Shown one piece after another: positions 44,127 through 53,737 of a DNA stretch of 57,341 bases. The translations under genes and the position numbers were made by a program. This DNA is from a virus: the UHGV virus genome UHGV-0198624; one strand, given 5' to 3'. How positions within the stretch are numbered: position 1 is the first letter of the stretch; each line of letters starts with the position of its first letter. The notes beneath the pieces are model-generated. The model saw only the letters and a list, made by a program, of their open reading frames with translations, was not told where the DNA came from and ran no database searches.

Positions 44127-45098
44127 CTAGATCTTATGGACAAGGGCGACCATGCCGATGTTCTTCAAGTCGGAGGCTGTAGCCCAGTTTGTGCCTACAG
44201 CAAGCTCTTCGTTGCTTGGGGTTTCCTTTGTGATGTTCGCGGAGCCAATCCATGACATTCCCTTTGGATGAAGAACTTTCGCGCTTCTGTTGTAAAGGAA
44301 TGTTGTTGATTTTTTTGCGTTTCTTTCAATTTCCGTAGGAACAAAGTCAACAGGAGTTCCGACACCGCGCTGGATTGCTCCGTCCGCAAGAAGATAGGTT
44401 GTGAACACTCCGTCTTCTACACTGACTGGTGCAGAATCATCTGTTATAACACGGTAGCCAAGATAAGTCTGAATTGCGACCTTTGCGTCAGACGGGAACA
44501 CGTTGGAAATGAGCTGCTGTTTCTGAAGCTCTGTGGCCACCGCGCTGTGCATATAGATCAATGCGAGCTTAGAGGCGTTGTCGCCCATAAGCTGCTTCGC
44601 ATCAAGAATCGACTTTGCGCTGATTCCTGATCCGGTTGCTTCTTTTGAAATGTCAAGAACATGGCTTTTCATTCCTGTGCAGGCAAAAACGCCTTTAAGG
44701 ATTGAAATTACATTTTTCTTTTCATCGTTTGCCCACCATGTGGCGACCTGTTCCACAATTCTGTTCATAGGATCATCGCCTGCAAGCGCGCCTGCAAGAT
44801 CATGCGCCGACCAGCCTTTTGCGCGCAAAAGCAAAGTCGCCTGTTCCTTTGAGCTTGTCAGTTTGTCTGTCTCGATGTCATCAGCATCAGAGAACACCTG
44901 CGATTCTCCGCCCAGCGCATTCCATTTCGGCATTTTCAGGACTGTTCCGCCGCCTCTTGCAAGAATGTCAAGCTGCGGATTGTTCTGCACTGCCCCGGAA
45001 CTGATAAGCTCCGATTTTTCAGTTGTTCTTTCAAGCACATACTGTGTGAAAAGCTCCGGCTGGATAATGTCTTCAAGTTTTGTTGTTTCGTCTGCCAT
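44127..45098 (-). CDS. Major capsid protein
   Basis: TKL.DII.PE.F..Y; P.W..L.G; R.K.W...DL...LAG.DPM; MHS; HP.G. Confidence 0.9.
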   Translation of the reverse strand: MADETTKLEDIIQPELFTQYVLERTTEKSELISSGAVQNNPQLDILARGGGTVLKMPKWNALGGESQVFSDADDIETDKLTSSKEQATLLLRAKGWSAHDLAGALAGDDPMNRIVEQVATWWANDEKKNVISILKGVFACTGMKSHVLDISKEATGSGISAKSILDAKQLMGDNASKLALIYMHSAVATELQKQQLISNVFPSDAKVAIQTYLGYRVITDDSAPVSVEDGVFTTYLLADGAIQRGVGTPVDFVPTEIERNAKKSTTFLYNRSAKVLHPKGMSWIGSANITKETPSNEELAVGTNWATASDLKNIGMVALVHKI

Positions 45099-45115
45099 TT
45101 TTATTTTCTCCTAAA

Positions 45116-45784
45116 TCACCACGGTGCGTCTTTGCCCTTGGCTTCTTTATACATACGGCGGGCTTTTTCCCTGTCGCTCTTCAAGAGCTGTCCCTGCCTT
45201 GTAACATTGCCTGTCCTGAACGGATTCTCTTCCGGCGTCTCCGGGCTTGGATTTGCCGGTGGAGTTCCTTTTGTCGGCTCTGTATGCGCCGCAGTCTCGG
45301 GTTTCAGCATTGAGAAAACTTTCTCGATTGCCTGCTCCATGTCTGTATTCTCATCGACAAGCCCTTTCGCCATTTTGACATAACTCATAATGTCATCGGT
45401 TTTTCTGCCTGTCGCCCTTGTTACTGCCGCTATAACGGCGTCCTTTTCAGCGTCCTTTTTCTTGTAAACGCTAAGCTCCTCCGCAAGGCTTTTAAGTTCC
45501 GCCTCTTTCTTTTCAGATTCGGAAAGGGTGTTGTCGTAAGCCTCTTTGAATTTCGCTAGCTTATCCTTTTCGTCCGGCTTCAAGCCTAGCAGGGCTAAAA
45601 GCTCCTTTTCGGCTCTTTTCTGGGCGGAATTAAGGATTCCGGCGCTGTGCCTGTCAAATTCTTCCTGTGTGCTGAATATTTTGTAAGGCTGTTTTTCCGC
45701 TCCTTTGTCTGCTGGAGTGTTAGCAGGTTCTTTGCCGGCGTTCGGATCAGCCGCCGTTGCTGTTTCTGGAATTTCTGTTTCCAT
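45116..45784 (-). CDS. Capsid scaffolding protein
   Basis: FSTQEE.D, coiled coil, ENPF...N.T.QG.L...D tail; precedes the capsid gene. Confidence 0.85.
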   Translation of the reverse strand: METEIPETATAADPNAGKEPANTPADKGAEKQPYKIFSTQEEFDRHSAGILNSAQKRAEKELLALLGLKPDEKDKLAKFKEAYDNTLSESEKKEAELKSLAEELSVYKKKDAEKDAVIAAVTRATGRKTDDIMSYVKMAKGLVDENTDMEQAIEKVFSMLKPETAAHTEPTKGTPPANPSPETPEENPFRTGNVTRQGQLLKSDREKARRMYKEAKGKDAPW

Positions 45785-45799
45785 TTTTTTCTCCTTCCG

Positions 45800-45850
45800 A
45801 GTATAAAACATCCCGGATTTTTTTTCAACATAATTCGTATATCTGAATTA
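45800..45850 (-). promoter_or_regulatory. Head-gene promoter TTGAAA-17-TATACT with 20-bp palindrome copy 2 just upstream of -35
   Basis: TAATTCGTATATCTGAATTA at 45831-45850. Confidence 0.75.
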
Positions 45851-46069
45851 TATTTTTTTCTGCATAAAGCATTCTATTCCCTTGCCTAGAAAATAATCAT
45901 AGGCTTTTTTGCATTCATCGGCATCATCGCTTTGGAAAAGGCGCACGCAGAAGCCTCCGTTCTGCTCCGACTGTACCAATGCCGGGCTTCTCGCCTTGTC
46001 TTTAAGCCTCAGAAATTCCTTTTCAGCCTCTGCTCTTGTGTTTTTCAAAGCCGTCAGAATCCTAGCCAA
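45848..46069 (-). CDS. Small SPOR-like protein
   Basis: GF.VRL.......EC......F..KGIECF pattern. Confidence 0.5.
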   Translation of the reverse strand: MARILTALKNTRAEAEKEFLRLKDKARSPALVQSEQNGGFCVRLFQSDDADECKKAYDYFLGKGIECFMQKKI

Positions 46070-47273
46070 AAAGTTCCCCTTGCAGATTCATTCTCCGCTT
46101 TGTTTCAGCTATGAATTTTTCCTGCGTCCTAGGCACCCACAAGCCCTCTTTTTTGACCTGTCTATTGTCAGTTGCACTCAGTGTGGCTCTTTTTTCTATA
46201 AAGTCTATTCTTTCAAACCTTTCCGCCGGCATCGCATATTCGCTTATAATTACAGGCTCGCTTTGCATTTCCGCCCAGTCATAGAAACTTTCATAGTCGA
46301 ATCCGCTGTCTGAATATTCCGTCGTATTTTTATATGGAATATCGCAATAAATCAAAGAATCCGGCTGAATCCTGACATTCCTGTAGTCGCCCCGGAATTT
46401 TTCCAGCCTTTCCAGCCTTTCCAGACTTTGCAGACTTTGCAGACTTTGCAGCCTTTGCAGACTTTGCAGACTTTGCAGCCTTTGCAGACTTTGCAGACTT
46501 TCATATAAAGATTGAAGACCATAAATTTCATCGTAGTTTTCTGGAAGATACAAAAGCGACTGCAATTTTATATACACTTCTCGTGTCGGAAACTCCCACT
46601 GGCTTCTTTCGAAGTAATGTCCTGCCATTCCGTTAGTGCCAAGATAGCGGTCAACTTCCGCCCTTGTCTTTCCGGCTTTTCTCAACCCCTCCAGCAGATA
46701 GGCGCGGAGCTTCTCTGAATTGTCCTTGATTTTTGTCTCAAGGTTACCGCGCAGGCTTTCATACTCCGCCGGACTTTTCAAAACATTTTTTAAATACCAT
46801 CTGATATATTTTTCCTTGTATTCCGCGGCGTTCTTTTTTATGTCAATCCTTGTGCCGTCTGTCCTTATGCCGAATTCTTCCATAAGGGAAAAGTCGCCGT
46901 AAACGCGCGCATAGTGCAGGGCTTTTTTCCACGGCTCTATTTCTTTGGAATAAAGATAGTTTACTCCTTTGTTTCCGAAACTCCAGCAGATGCGCACATA
47001 CTCGTCATTGTCTTTTAGCGCAAAAAAATCCTTGCGGCTTATCCAGCGTCTTTCATCGGCATATTTTCCACTGATTGTGTCCGTGAAAAGCTCCGTCATC
47101 TTCGAGATGTCATTTATTGTGAATGTCTCAAACTTGTTTTTCAGCATTGCGCAGTGGGTTACCGCGCAGCCTCCGGCAAACAAATCGTAAAAATGTTTTT
47201 TTTCAGGAAAATGTCCGACCACCCATTCGGCTATCTTGTTCTTGCTTCCCATATAGGGCAATCCGTAGTTCAA
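46062..47273 (-). CDS. Dam-like (alpha-class) adenine methyltransferase with inserted HTH-like domain and tripeptide repeat
   Basis: PYMGSK, DLFAGG, YCDIPY, ISEY; TTG start overlaps the upstream stop. Confidence 0.88.
   Translation of the reverse strand: MNYGLPYMGSKNKIAEWVVGHFPEKKHFYDLFAGGCAVTHCAMLKNKFETFTINDISKMTELFTDTISGKYADERRWISRKDFFALKDNDEYVRICWSFGNKGVNYLYSKEIEPWKKALHYARVYGDFSLMEEFGIRTDGTRIDIKKNAAEYKEKYIRWYLKNVLKSPAEYESLRGNLETKIKDNSEKLRAYLLEGLRKAGKTRAEVDRYLGTNGMAGHYFERSQWEFPTREVYIKLQSLLYLPENYDEIYGLQSLYESLQSLQRLQSLQSLQRLQSLQSLQSLERLERLEKFRGDYRNVRIQPDSLIYCDIPYKNTTEYSDSGFDYESFYDWAEMQSEPVIISEYAMPAERFERIDFIEKRATLSATDNRQVKKEGLWVPRTQEKFIAETKRRMNLQGELFG
46399..46502. repeat. 9-bp coding tandem repeat (LQS/LQR/LER, about 11 units)
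   Basis: Unit TT(G/C)CAG(A/C)CT. Confidence 0.92.
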
Positions 47274-48346
47274 TTTCCGCCCTCCGTCATCTTTCTCCAC
47301 TCCAAATAGGTCATGTCCGCCGGGACGCTGTAAATCTTTCCATCCCTGCTGTAAGCCACCCGGCTTGCGCCTCCTGGCATTGCGTCTATTTCGTCCGGCT
47401 CGAAGTATGGAGCTGTTGTGCAGGCGCATCTCGGATGTATCGGCGGATAGTTTACACCCTCTTCCTTGTATTTCAGCTCGAAAACCTGACCGTCAAGAGC
47501 TCCGCATTCAGGACATACGCGCCCATCAAGCCCGGAAATGAACTTGTATTTCTCTATGCCGTGTTCCCTATAGCTGTCTGCGGTCGCTGATTCCGTTATA
47601 TGCGCGGCTTCTGTCAGTGCAAGCCTCTCGCAGTTCCTGTAGTTCATACTGAACTTTGAGGACATAGCCAAGGCTATTTTCTTAGGATTATGACCAAGCG
47701 ATATTCCGGTAAGAAGCTCACGGTCTATCGAATCAACTAGTTTTCCCTTATCCGCCCATATTCTGTCTGAGTAGTTTCCGCCAAGCCACTGCTCATTCAG
47801 TGCCCTGTCAACTGTCTTTCCGTCCGGAGCGGAATACCCGGCGGAGACGCCTCTTGCCTTGTCAATCCCGAAAGATGCAAACAGACGGCTTTCTTTGTAC
47901 ACTTCTTTCAAGGCATCCTCGAATCCGCTTTTCTGGTCCGCCGCCATGCGGACTATTATATGCTCTATCCTTGTCTTGGCTTCCTCAAGCCGGCTCATAT
48001 AGGCTCTTGCGGAAAGAATACGGAGTTTTTCTCTGTATTTTCTTGACATGGACAGACCTATTTTTTCGGGGCTTGCGAACTTGTAATATTTCTCGATGTC
48101 CTTTATCGCGCTTTTCAGCTGCGATGAGTTCAGCCGCCTGTTAGCCTCCGCAAGTGTAAGTCCGTTTTCCTCGGCATAGCGTCCGTAAAAAAGCTGTATT
48201 TCCCTGTTTATGTCTTCAAGGGTGTTGCGGTAGAGTGTCCGCATTTTCATCAAAAGCTTGTCTGTCTGCTTTCCTCGCTCTTGCTCTGTAAGGGAATTTC
48301 GCCTTTTCCAGTACTCCTCGCTGGACTTGTTGTATTTTATAGCCAT
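47270..48346 (-). CDS. Minor head protein (SPP1 gp7/Mu F-like)
   Basis: YW..R; W.G.NYSDRIW; RL..TE; C..LDG; PPIHPRC.CTT.P. Confidence 0.9.
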   Translation of the reverse strand: MAIKYNKSSEEYWKRRNSLTEQERGKQTDKLLMKMRTLYRNTLEDINREIQLFYGRYAEENGLTLAEANRRLNSSQLKSAIKDIEKYYKFASPEKIGLSMSRKYREKLRILSARAYMSRLEEAKTRIEHIIVRMAADQKSGFEDALKEVYKESRLFASFGIDKARGVSAGYSAPDGKTVDRALNEQWLGGNYSDRIWADKGKLVDSIDRELLTGISLGHNPKKIALAMSSKFSMNYRNCERLALTEAAHITESATADSYREHGIEKYKFISGLDGRVCPECGALDGQVFELKYKEEGVNYPPIHPRCACTTAPYFEPDEIDAMPGGASRVAYSRDGKIYSVPADMTYLEWRKMTEGGN

Positions 48347-48350
48347 GCTT

Positions 48351-48803
48351 TCAGTTCAATGGAGCGCATATTCTTAGCGACACCGGCTTTCCGTATTTTA
48401 CGGTCAAACTGTCCTTTATTGGCTCAAAAATATCATCCCTTTGAAAATGCCCGGTTATCTTCCCCGTCTCGTTCCGCTCATATCTTGTAACCGCAAATTC
48501 ATCCGGCTTCGGCTGGTAGCTCAATGGCTCATGACGGTAGCTCCATTTTCTTCCGGTCATCATCTCAAGAAATAATGCTGGGTATTGGACATACATATTG
48601 TCATTGTCATTGAAGCTGCTCCAGTTGAAGTAAATGTAACCCTTTCCGCAGGCTCTCATTATCGCGGAAACAGCGTCAATTTCAGCTTTTCCGCCGTTTC
48701 TCTCAAGAAACTCCGCCGCCACGTCAACAAGGCAGAGCGCGAGGCATCCGGCTTTTCCAATACACTCGATGAACTGCTGCGTTCCGTTTCTTAGCCTGCT
48801 CAC
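48351..48803 (-). CDS. DUF261/C39-like Cys-His protein, candidate endolysin
   Basis: Q......IGKAGCL..C, GHF, S.TV..G....R; last gene of the lysis-like cluster. Confidence 0.5.
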   Translation of the reverse strand: MSRLRNGTQQFIECIGKAGCLALCLVDVAAEFLERNGGKAEIDAVSAIMRACGKGYIYFNWSSFNDNDNMYVQYPALFLEMMTGRKWSYRHEPLSYQPKPDEFAVTRYERNETGKITGHFQRDDIFEPIKDSLTVKYGKPVSLRICAPLN

Positions 48804-49072
48804 TTTTCAGCCTCCTTGTAAATCTTCCTCATGTCCATGTAATTCTTTTCAGTCTCTTTTATTCGGACTTTGTACCTTGCAAGCTCCATGATGTATGAAT
48901 CCGGCACAAGGCAGAATCCGTCTTTTCTCTCAATCTCAGGCATAGCCGGAAACACAGGAAAGTCCAGCTCCGGAAAAGTATATTCAGTCTTGATTTCCAC
49001 AGTCTTGCAGGACTGCAACAGCAGCGTCAATGCCGCCGTTGTCAATAGAACTGATTTTAGAATTCGCTTCAT
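48800..49072 (-). CDS. o-spanin-like lipoprotein
   Basis: Lipobox LLLQSC, Pro-rich FPELDFPVFP; overlaps the upstream gene. Confidence 0.75.
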   Translation of the reverse strand: MKRILKSVLLTTAALTLLLQSCKTVEIKTEYTFPELDFPVFPAMPEIERKDGFCLVPDSYIMELARYKVRIKETEKNYMDMRKIYKEAEK

Positions 49073-49268
49073 CCCTGTTTTTCTCCCTCGCCGCTTTTTC
49101 CTTTCTGTATATATCAAGCGTTTTATTCAATGCTATTACGTCCTTTGAAAGTTCGGCATTTATATCCTGCACACGCTCAAGTTTGCTTTCCAAATACCTG
49201 ATTCTAAACAGAGCGCAAGCCAAGAGCGCAAGAACAGCTAGCGCGCTGTAAACAAGATTCAAATTCAT
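48984..49268 (-). CDS. i-spanin-like protein
   Basis: N-terminal TM followed by a coiled coil. Confidence 0.7.
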   Translation of the reverse strand: MNLNLVYSALAVLALLACALFRIRYLESKLERVQDINAELSKDVIALNKTLDIYRKEKAAREKNRDEANSKISSIDNGGIDAAVAVLQDCGNQD

Positions 49269-49582
49269 TCCTTAACCCTCGCCCCGCACCTGTCCATGAT
49301 TTTATCCAGCTTTATATCCATTCTGTCCAGTTTCGTGCTCATGTTCACAACCGTTGTGTCAAGCCGTATCAATGTCGATTCGTGCCTGTTCCGGCTGTTG
49401 AAAAGCTCCGTAAACTTTGCCGCATTCTTCCGCCGTTCCTCATCATCCCGGTTTTCAGTTTCTTCAAGTGTGTTTGCAAACCGCCCGAATTTCACCGAGA
49501 TGTCAACCAGCTTGTACATTATGCCAAGCAGAAATGTCGCTATGCTTATTGCGACTGTAAGTGTTATTCCGCCCATTCTCAA
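49265..49582 (-). CDS. Holin-like single-TM coiled-coil protein
   Basis: TM followed by heptads ending KLDRMDIKLDKI. Confidence 0.55.
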   Translation of the reverse strand: MRMGGITLTVAISIATFLLGIMYKLVDISVKFGRFANTLEETENRDDEERRKNAAKFTELFNSRNRHESTLIRLDTTVVNMSTKLDRMDIKLDKIMDRCGARVKE

Positions 49583-51039
49583 ACCTCTTTCCCATCGGAA
49601 TCTTGCTTTTTATCCGGCTCTGAATCAAGGCGGAATATATCGTTTTCAGCCTTTTCATCTTCAAGTCTTTTTTGCTCAAGCTCCACGTCCTGAACAACAG
49701 GGTTGAACTCAAGAAGCGTTTTTTGTGAAACACCTGTCCCCTGCAGCTTGACTGTGTCATCTATAAGAGCTGACTGGTTTATCAGCATGGAGCGGTCAAG
49801 TTTCACTAAAATTTTATATTCCTGCGCCTCCGCAAAGCTGCCCCTGCCTGTTATCTCATACCACTTGTCGAAAAAATATTTCAGCTGCTCAATGAACGAC
49901 TGAAAGTGCCTTTCTATGCCGTCCGTGTAAGTATCAAGATCCTGATAAAGCGACTTTATAACAAGCTGGTTTGGGTTTCCTCCGAAGCGGGCATCGTTCA
50001 TGTCCACTCCGTAACTGAATTTTATCATGTCGCTTTTTAGCGTTTCCAATTCCTTTAAATGAGCGTCAACAGAAGTCTGCGCCTGTATGTAGCTTGCATC
50101 TCCGTCCGAATCAAGCGATATTGTCCGGGTCATCTTGGCAAGTTCCCTTGCCTCTATCAAGTCCCCTACATTTGGAGATATTCCCTTGAATACAAGCATA
50201 GGGTCGAGGTCGTCTATAAGCCCGTCTATGCTCCGTGAAATCAGCTTGTCGTATGAATCAATATAATCTTTTATGAAAAGAACAAGCGGTTTTTCGTCAT
50301 CAGTGGATTTCAGTGGAATAATAGGAATTTTTTCCCATGAGACGCCGTTTGTCATGTGTGAATGGCTATCAGTGAAAAACGGAACGTCTTTATAACCGTC
50401 CGAGACATCGAACTTGAAGTGCTCTGTTTCAGTCCAAAGCTCCGCAAACTCCGTCTTTGTAGGCTCAAGGCTTTTGTATTCAAGCTGAAAATAATTGTAA
50501 ACAAGACTGTTTAAATCTACGTGCTGTCTGTCTTTCCAGACCGGATAGACAAGGTCGCCTTTCAAGTCTTCGAGATTAAGCTCTCCATTTTCGTCAATCC
50601 AGACATAGCACCATGCTATTCCATGATTCACAGCCTGCCCCGCAAGGCGGTATGTCATCTTGTAGAGAATTTTCTCAAGAAAGTTTTTCCATTCCAATCC
50701 GTAAGCGTCTTCTGCAAGGTCGATTTCACTCTGCTTTTCAGTTGAAAGTTTAATTACAAACGACTTGGCAAATCCGTAGTCTTGTTTTTGCTGGACTTGC
50801 ATTCGCAGGAAATTGCTTTTTATACGCGCATTGTTCGCCGCGGGATTCGCTATGCTTTTTCCGTCCTTATCAAAGTATGAGCGTGTCTTTCTTTCAATAT
50901 CGTTGTGAATGTCAAAATAGCGGTCAGCCGTCCTGATGTCCTGAATAACCGGAGATGTCTTGCCATTGTCGACAATGATTTGAGCGACAGTAGCGGGAGA
51001 TAGGTTGCTATTAAAGATTATATTTTCAGCCTGCCACAT
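49579..51039 (-). CDS. Portal protein (SPP1 gp6-like)
   Basis: N.RI..NF....V.QK..Y; W.KIP.I; ID.YD; GNP; S..T. Confidence 0.9.
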   Translation of the reverse strand: MWQAENIIFNSNLSPATVAQIIVDNGKTSPVIQDIRTADRYFDIHNDIERKTRSYFDKDGKSIANPAANNARIKSNFLRMQVQQKQDYGFAKSFVIKLSTEKQSEIDLAEDAYGLEWKNFLEKILYKMTYRLAGQAVNHGIAWCYVWIDENGELNLEDLKGDLVYPVWKDRQHVDLNSLVYNYFQLEYKSLEPTKTEFAELWTETEHFKFDVSDGYKDVPFFTDSHSHMTNGVSWEKIPIIPLKSTDDEKPLVLFIKDYIDSYDKLISRSIDGLIDDLDPMLVFKGISPNVGDLIEARELAKMTRTISLDSDGDASYIQAQTSVDAHLKELETLKSDMIKFSYGVDMNDARFGGNPNQLVIKSLYQDLDTYTDGIERHFQSFIEQLKYFFDKWYEITGRGSFAEAQEYKILVKLDRSMLINQSALIDDTVKLQGTGVSQKTLLEFNPVVQDVELEQKRLEDEKAENDIFRLDSEPDKKQDSDGKEV

Positions 51040-51121
51040 TTTTTTTCACATTCCTTTTTTCGCATGGGGCTATGTATTTTATGTGTGGCAGAAAAAAATA
51101 TAGCACATAAAAAAGCCAAAG

Positions 51122-52426
51122 TCAAACTTGAATCCCGAATTTCTGCAAATCCTCGCAGCCGTAGCGCAATGCGTCTGGAGCGTGGGAAAAATCATGCTCC
51201 GGCTCATTCAGAACTTTGCCCGACAACCTGTCTTTTTTCCATGCGTAGTTGCTTAAAGCCTCTATCATCTTCGGACACTTCGGATGAACTATTATCTGAT
51301 AGTCCTGCAATTTTTGTATTCCGCCGGCAACACTTCCGCTTCCCTTTCTTGCCCCGATGATGCCGCGAAGACCTAGAAGCCTAAGCTCGTTTATAGTCCT
51401 TGGGTCTTCCGAGTCAGCTCTTATCACGGCTTCCCCAAATCCGTCAGTTATGAGCCGCGCCGCTATCTTGCGGTTCTCCATCATGGTTTCATAAAATTCA
51501 TAGTAGACGTAAATCTTATAGTCTTTTCTGTCAGCATAAGCTCCGTAGAACGCCGTTGGATCATTATATCCGAAGTCCATTCCGTTGCACGGAACAAGAG
51601 CAGGAAGCCCTCTTGCGGTCTTTTTACCGGCGGCATTCTCTATGACTTTCTCAATATCAAACTCCAATTCTATCCAGTTCTCATAGATAAGCCCCTCGGC
51701 TATTCCCCATTCACCATCGCCCTCTATTCTATAGCGTCTCGGATTCTGGACTTTCATTTTCTCATAAAGCGCCTTATCCGATTCTGAGAGAAACTCATTG
51801 CATCTGTATGTTGTTGTGAGCGCAAGCGTGTCGGGATCACCGCTGTCAAAGAACCGTCTTTTCAGCCAGTGGCGGTCGCTCCATGGATTGAATGTCAGGA
51901 CTATCTGATGAAAAAGCCCCGGCGGAAGCTGTCCACGGATTGACATATCAACCTTGTTGAAGTCATCCTCGCTGTTTATTTGGAAAGCCTCTTCAAACCA
52001 TACCCAGCATAAATTACCCTTTGACACGGTTATAGATGTCAGTGAATGCGGGTCATCCATTCCGCGGAAAAGAATCTGCTGTCCTGTCGGAATATATGTA
52101 AGCGTAAGTTCGCCTTTCGGTATCTTCCAGTCCGCCCTTGCGCCGAGCCTCTCTATAGCCCAGATAAGCTGCGCCCTTGTCGAGTCGCGGTGCGTGTTGT
52201 AGTACCGCCGGATTACCAGCAGATTTGGATAAAGCCCCGAATCCCCATACTTCATCATCAGGTAAATAAAGCGCAATGCCGTAGTGCATGACTTCTTGCT
52301 TCCTCGGCTTCCCTTGACTGCTATATACCGCTTGGTGCTCCGCCAAAAGTCGACATATCCGTTTCCGACAACTTTTTTCAGGCTGATGCTCTGCGTCTCG
52401 CTACGGCTGGCTATTTCCCGCCTCAT
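51122..52426 (-). CDS. terL: Terminase large subunit (PBSX family)
   Basis: KGSRGSKKS, WFEEA, TFNP, G.DFG.NDP, H..DA.RY. Confidence 0.95.
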   Translation of the reverse strand: MRREIASRSETQSISLKKVVGNGYVDFWRSTKRYIAVKGSRGSKKSCTTALRFIYLMMKYGDSGLYPNLLVIRRYYNTHRDSTRAQLIWAIERLGARADWKIPKGELTLTYIPTGQQILFRGMDDPHSLTSITVSKGNLCWVWFEEAFQINSEDDFNKVDMSIRGQLPPGLFHQIVLTFNPWSDRHWLKRRFFDSGDPDTLALTTTYRCNEFLSESDKALYEKMKVQNPRRYRIEGDGEWGIAEGLIYENWIELEFDIEKVIENAAGKKTARGLPALVPCNGMDFGYNDPTAFYGAYADRKDYKIYVYYEFYETMMENRKIAARLITDGFGEAVIRADSEDPRTINELRLLGLRGIIGARKGSGSVAGGIQKLQDYQIIVHPKCPKMIEALSNYAWKKDRLSGKVLNEPEHDFSHAPDALRYGCEDLQKFGIQV

Positions 52427-52817
52427 TGTCCGTTTTCCCTAGGTCGTCAATATAGACGCGTGTAACAGACTTCTGCTCCGCCTCAACCTTGACAGTCGGA
52501 TTGTAGCCTTCATCGACCCCTAATCGCTCCATAACCCACATCGACACCTTCACGCGCCTGTCCTTGTCCCTGTCAGTCTCATCTTCCCTGCGCTGGAGAG
52601 CCTCAAGAATAGTGTTCTTGGCAAGCTCAACCTGCGTAACGCGCAGTATCGACTTCTCATGCTCAATGAGCTTTTTCAGCTCCGGGTACTGCTCTAATTT
52701 CCGGGCTACAGTCCGGACATTACACCCGGCTTTCCTTGCAATTGCGTTTATCTCTCCGTAGCTTCCTGAGATTGCGTTTTTCAGCAGCTTCTTTGTTACT
52801 GATTCCCTGCGAGGCAT
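52401..52817 (-). CDS. terS: Terminase small subunit
   Basis: N-terminal HTH (IARKAGCNVRTVARKL); overlaps terL; V.IDDL tail. Confidence 0.75.
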   Translation of the reverse strand: MPRRESVTKKLLKNAISGSYGEINAIARKAGCNVRTVARKLEQYPELKKLIEHEKSILRVTQVELAKNTILEALQRREDETDRDKDRRVKVSMWVMERLGVDEGYNPTVKVEAEQKSVTRVYIDDLGKTDNEAGNSQP

Positions 52818-52958
52818 TGCTTTTACCTTCTTATTTTTATGGCTTTATACGACAAAAGTTGTATATATATACATTCTTACATAGAAAAATGAAAAAAAAT
52901 ACTTCTTTTTAATAAAAAAAACGAAAAAAAATAACTAAAAACGGATTAAAGTCCGCAT

Positions 52959-53735
52959 TTATGACAGCTCGCGGAGCTTTATTTTGTGGTCGTAAATGTC
53001 ATACAGCTTGCTAGCCTTGATGAATTTCTCCGTCTCCCTTTCGTGCATAAGCCTCATAAGAAGGCGTTTCTCCTCGTTTGACACGCAAACAACTGTGAAT
53101 ACATAGTCATCCTTGTCCATTCTGTATATCTGCCCATGCTCATCATTCGCCGTCGCCGTGTTTTCCCTTTCCTTTGACCTCTTTCTCTGGAAGTCCTCCG
53201 CGCTGAATTTTCTTGCCTGCTCCTGCAATTGCAGAGCCTCGGCGGAATCGCCCATTTCAGCGGAAAGAACATCGCTCCCGCCCATGTCCGGTATATCGCC
53301 GAACAGCACTGGAATATCCGACTCGTCAAAGCCGAAATCATCTGTGATTGAGATATCCGGATACATATCCTTCAATTCCGAAAGAAGCTCGAAGTCGAAA
53401 TCCCCCATGGCGCTTCTGTTGTTCATGAAGACGTTAGCCTCAACTTCCGTCTTGTCATCCAAATCCGCAAGCGCAACAGTAAGCTCATAATCCCCTTTTT
53501 CAGGATACTTATTCAGCTGGTCAAGGACAGTCAGTCTCTGATGTCCGGAGACAACCGTCATGGTGTTCTTGTTGACCGTTATCGGCGCTAACTGCCCGCG
53601 CCCTTCCGTCTTGAACCATTTCTTAATCTTCTTCAAGGCGTTTTCTGTTATAGTCCGCGGGTTGTAGTCCGCCCCGTGTATGGAGCTTCTTTTTACAACC
53701 CTGCACTCGAAATTCTCGTATTTGTTCGCACCCAC
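52959..53735 (-). CDS. ParB/Srx N-terminal domain protein
   Basis: ADYNPR.I; VN..T..VVSGHQRL; E.N..MN. Confidence 0.88.
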   Translation of the reverse strand: MGANKYENFECRVVKRSSIHGADYNPRTITENALKKIKKWFKTEGRGQLAPITVNKNTMTVVSGHQRLTVLDQLNKYPEKGDYELTVALADLDDKTEVEANVFMNNRSAMGDFDFELLSELKDMYPDISITDDFGFDESDIPVLFGDIPDMGGSDVLSAEMGDSAEALQLQEQARKFSAEDFQRKRSKERENTATANDEHGQIYRMDKDDYVFTVVCVSNEEKRLLMRLMHERETEKFIKASKLYDIYDHKIKLRELS

Positions 53736-53737
53736 TG

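Noticed and set aside
52818..52958. pac site or promoter upstream of terS (AT-rich, imperfect TATACGAC/GTTGTATA IR)
   Set aside because: Plausible, but there is no diagnostic motif; read-end data would be needed
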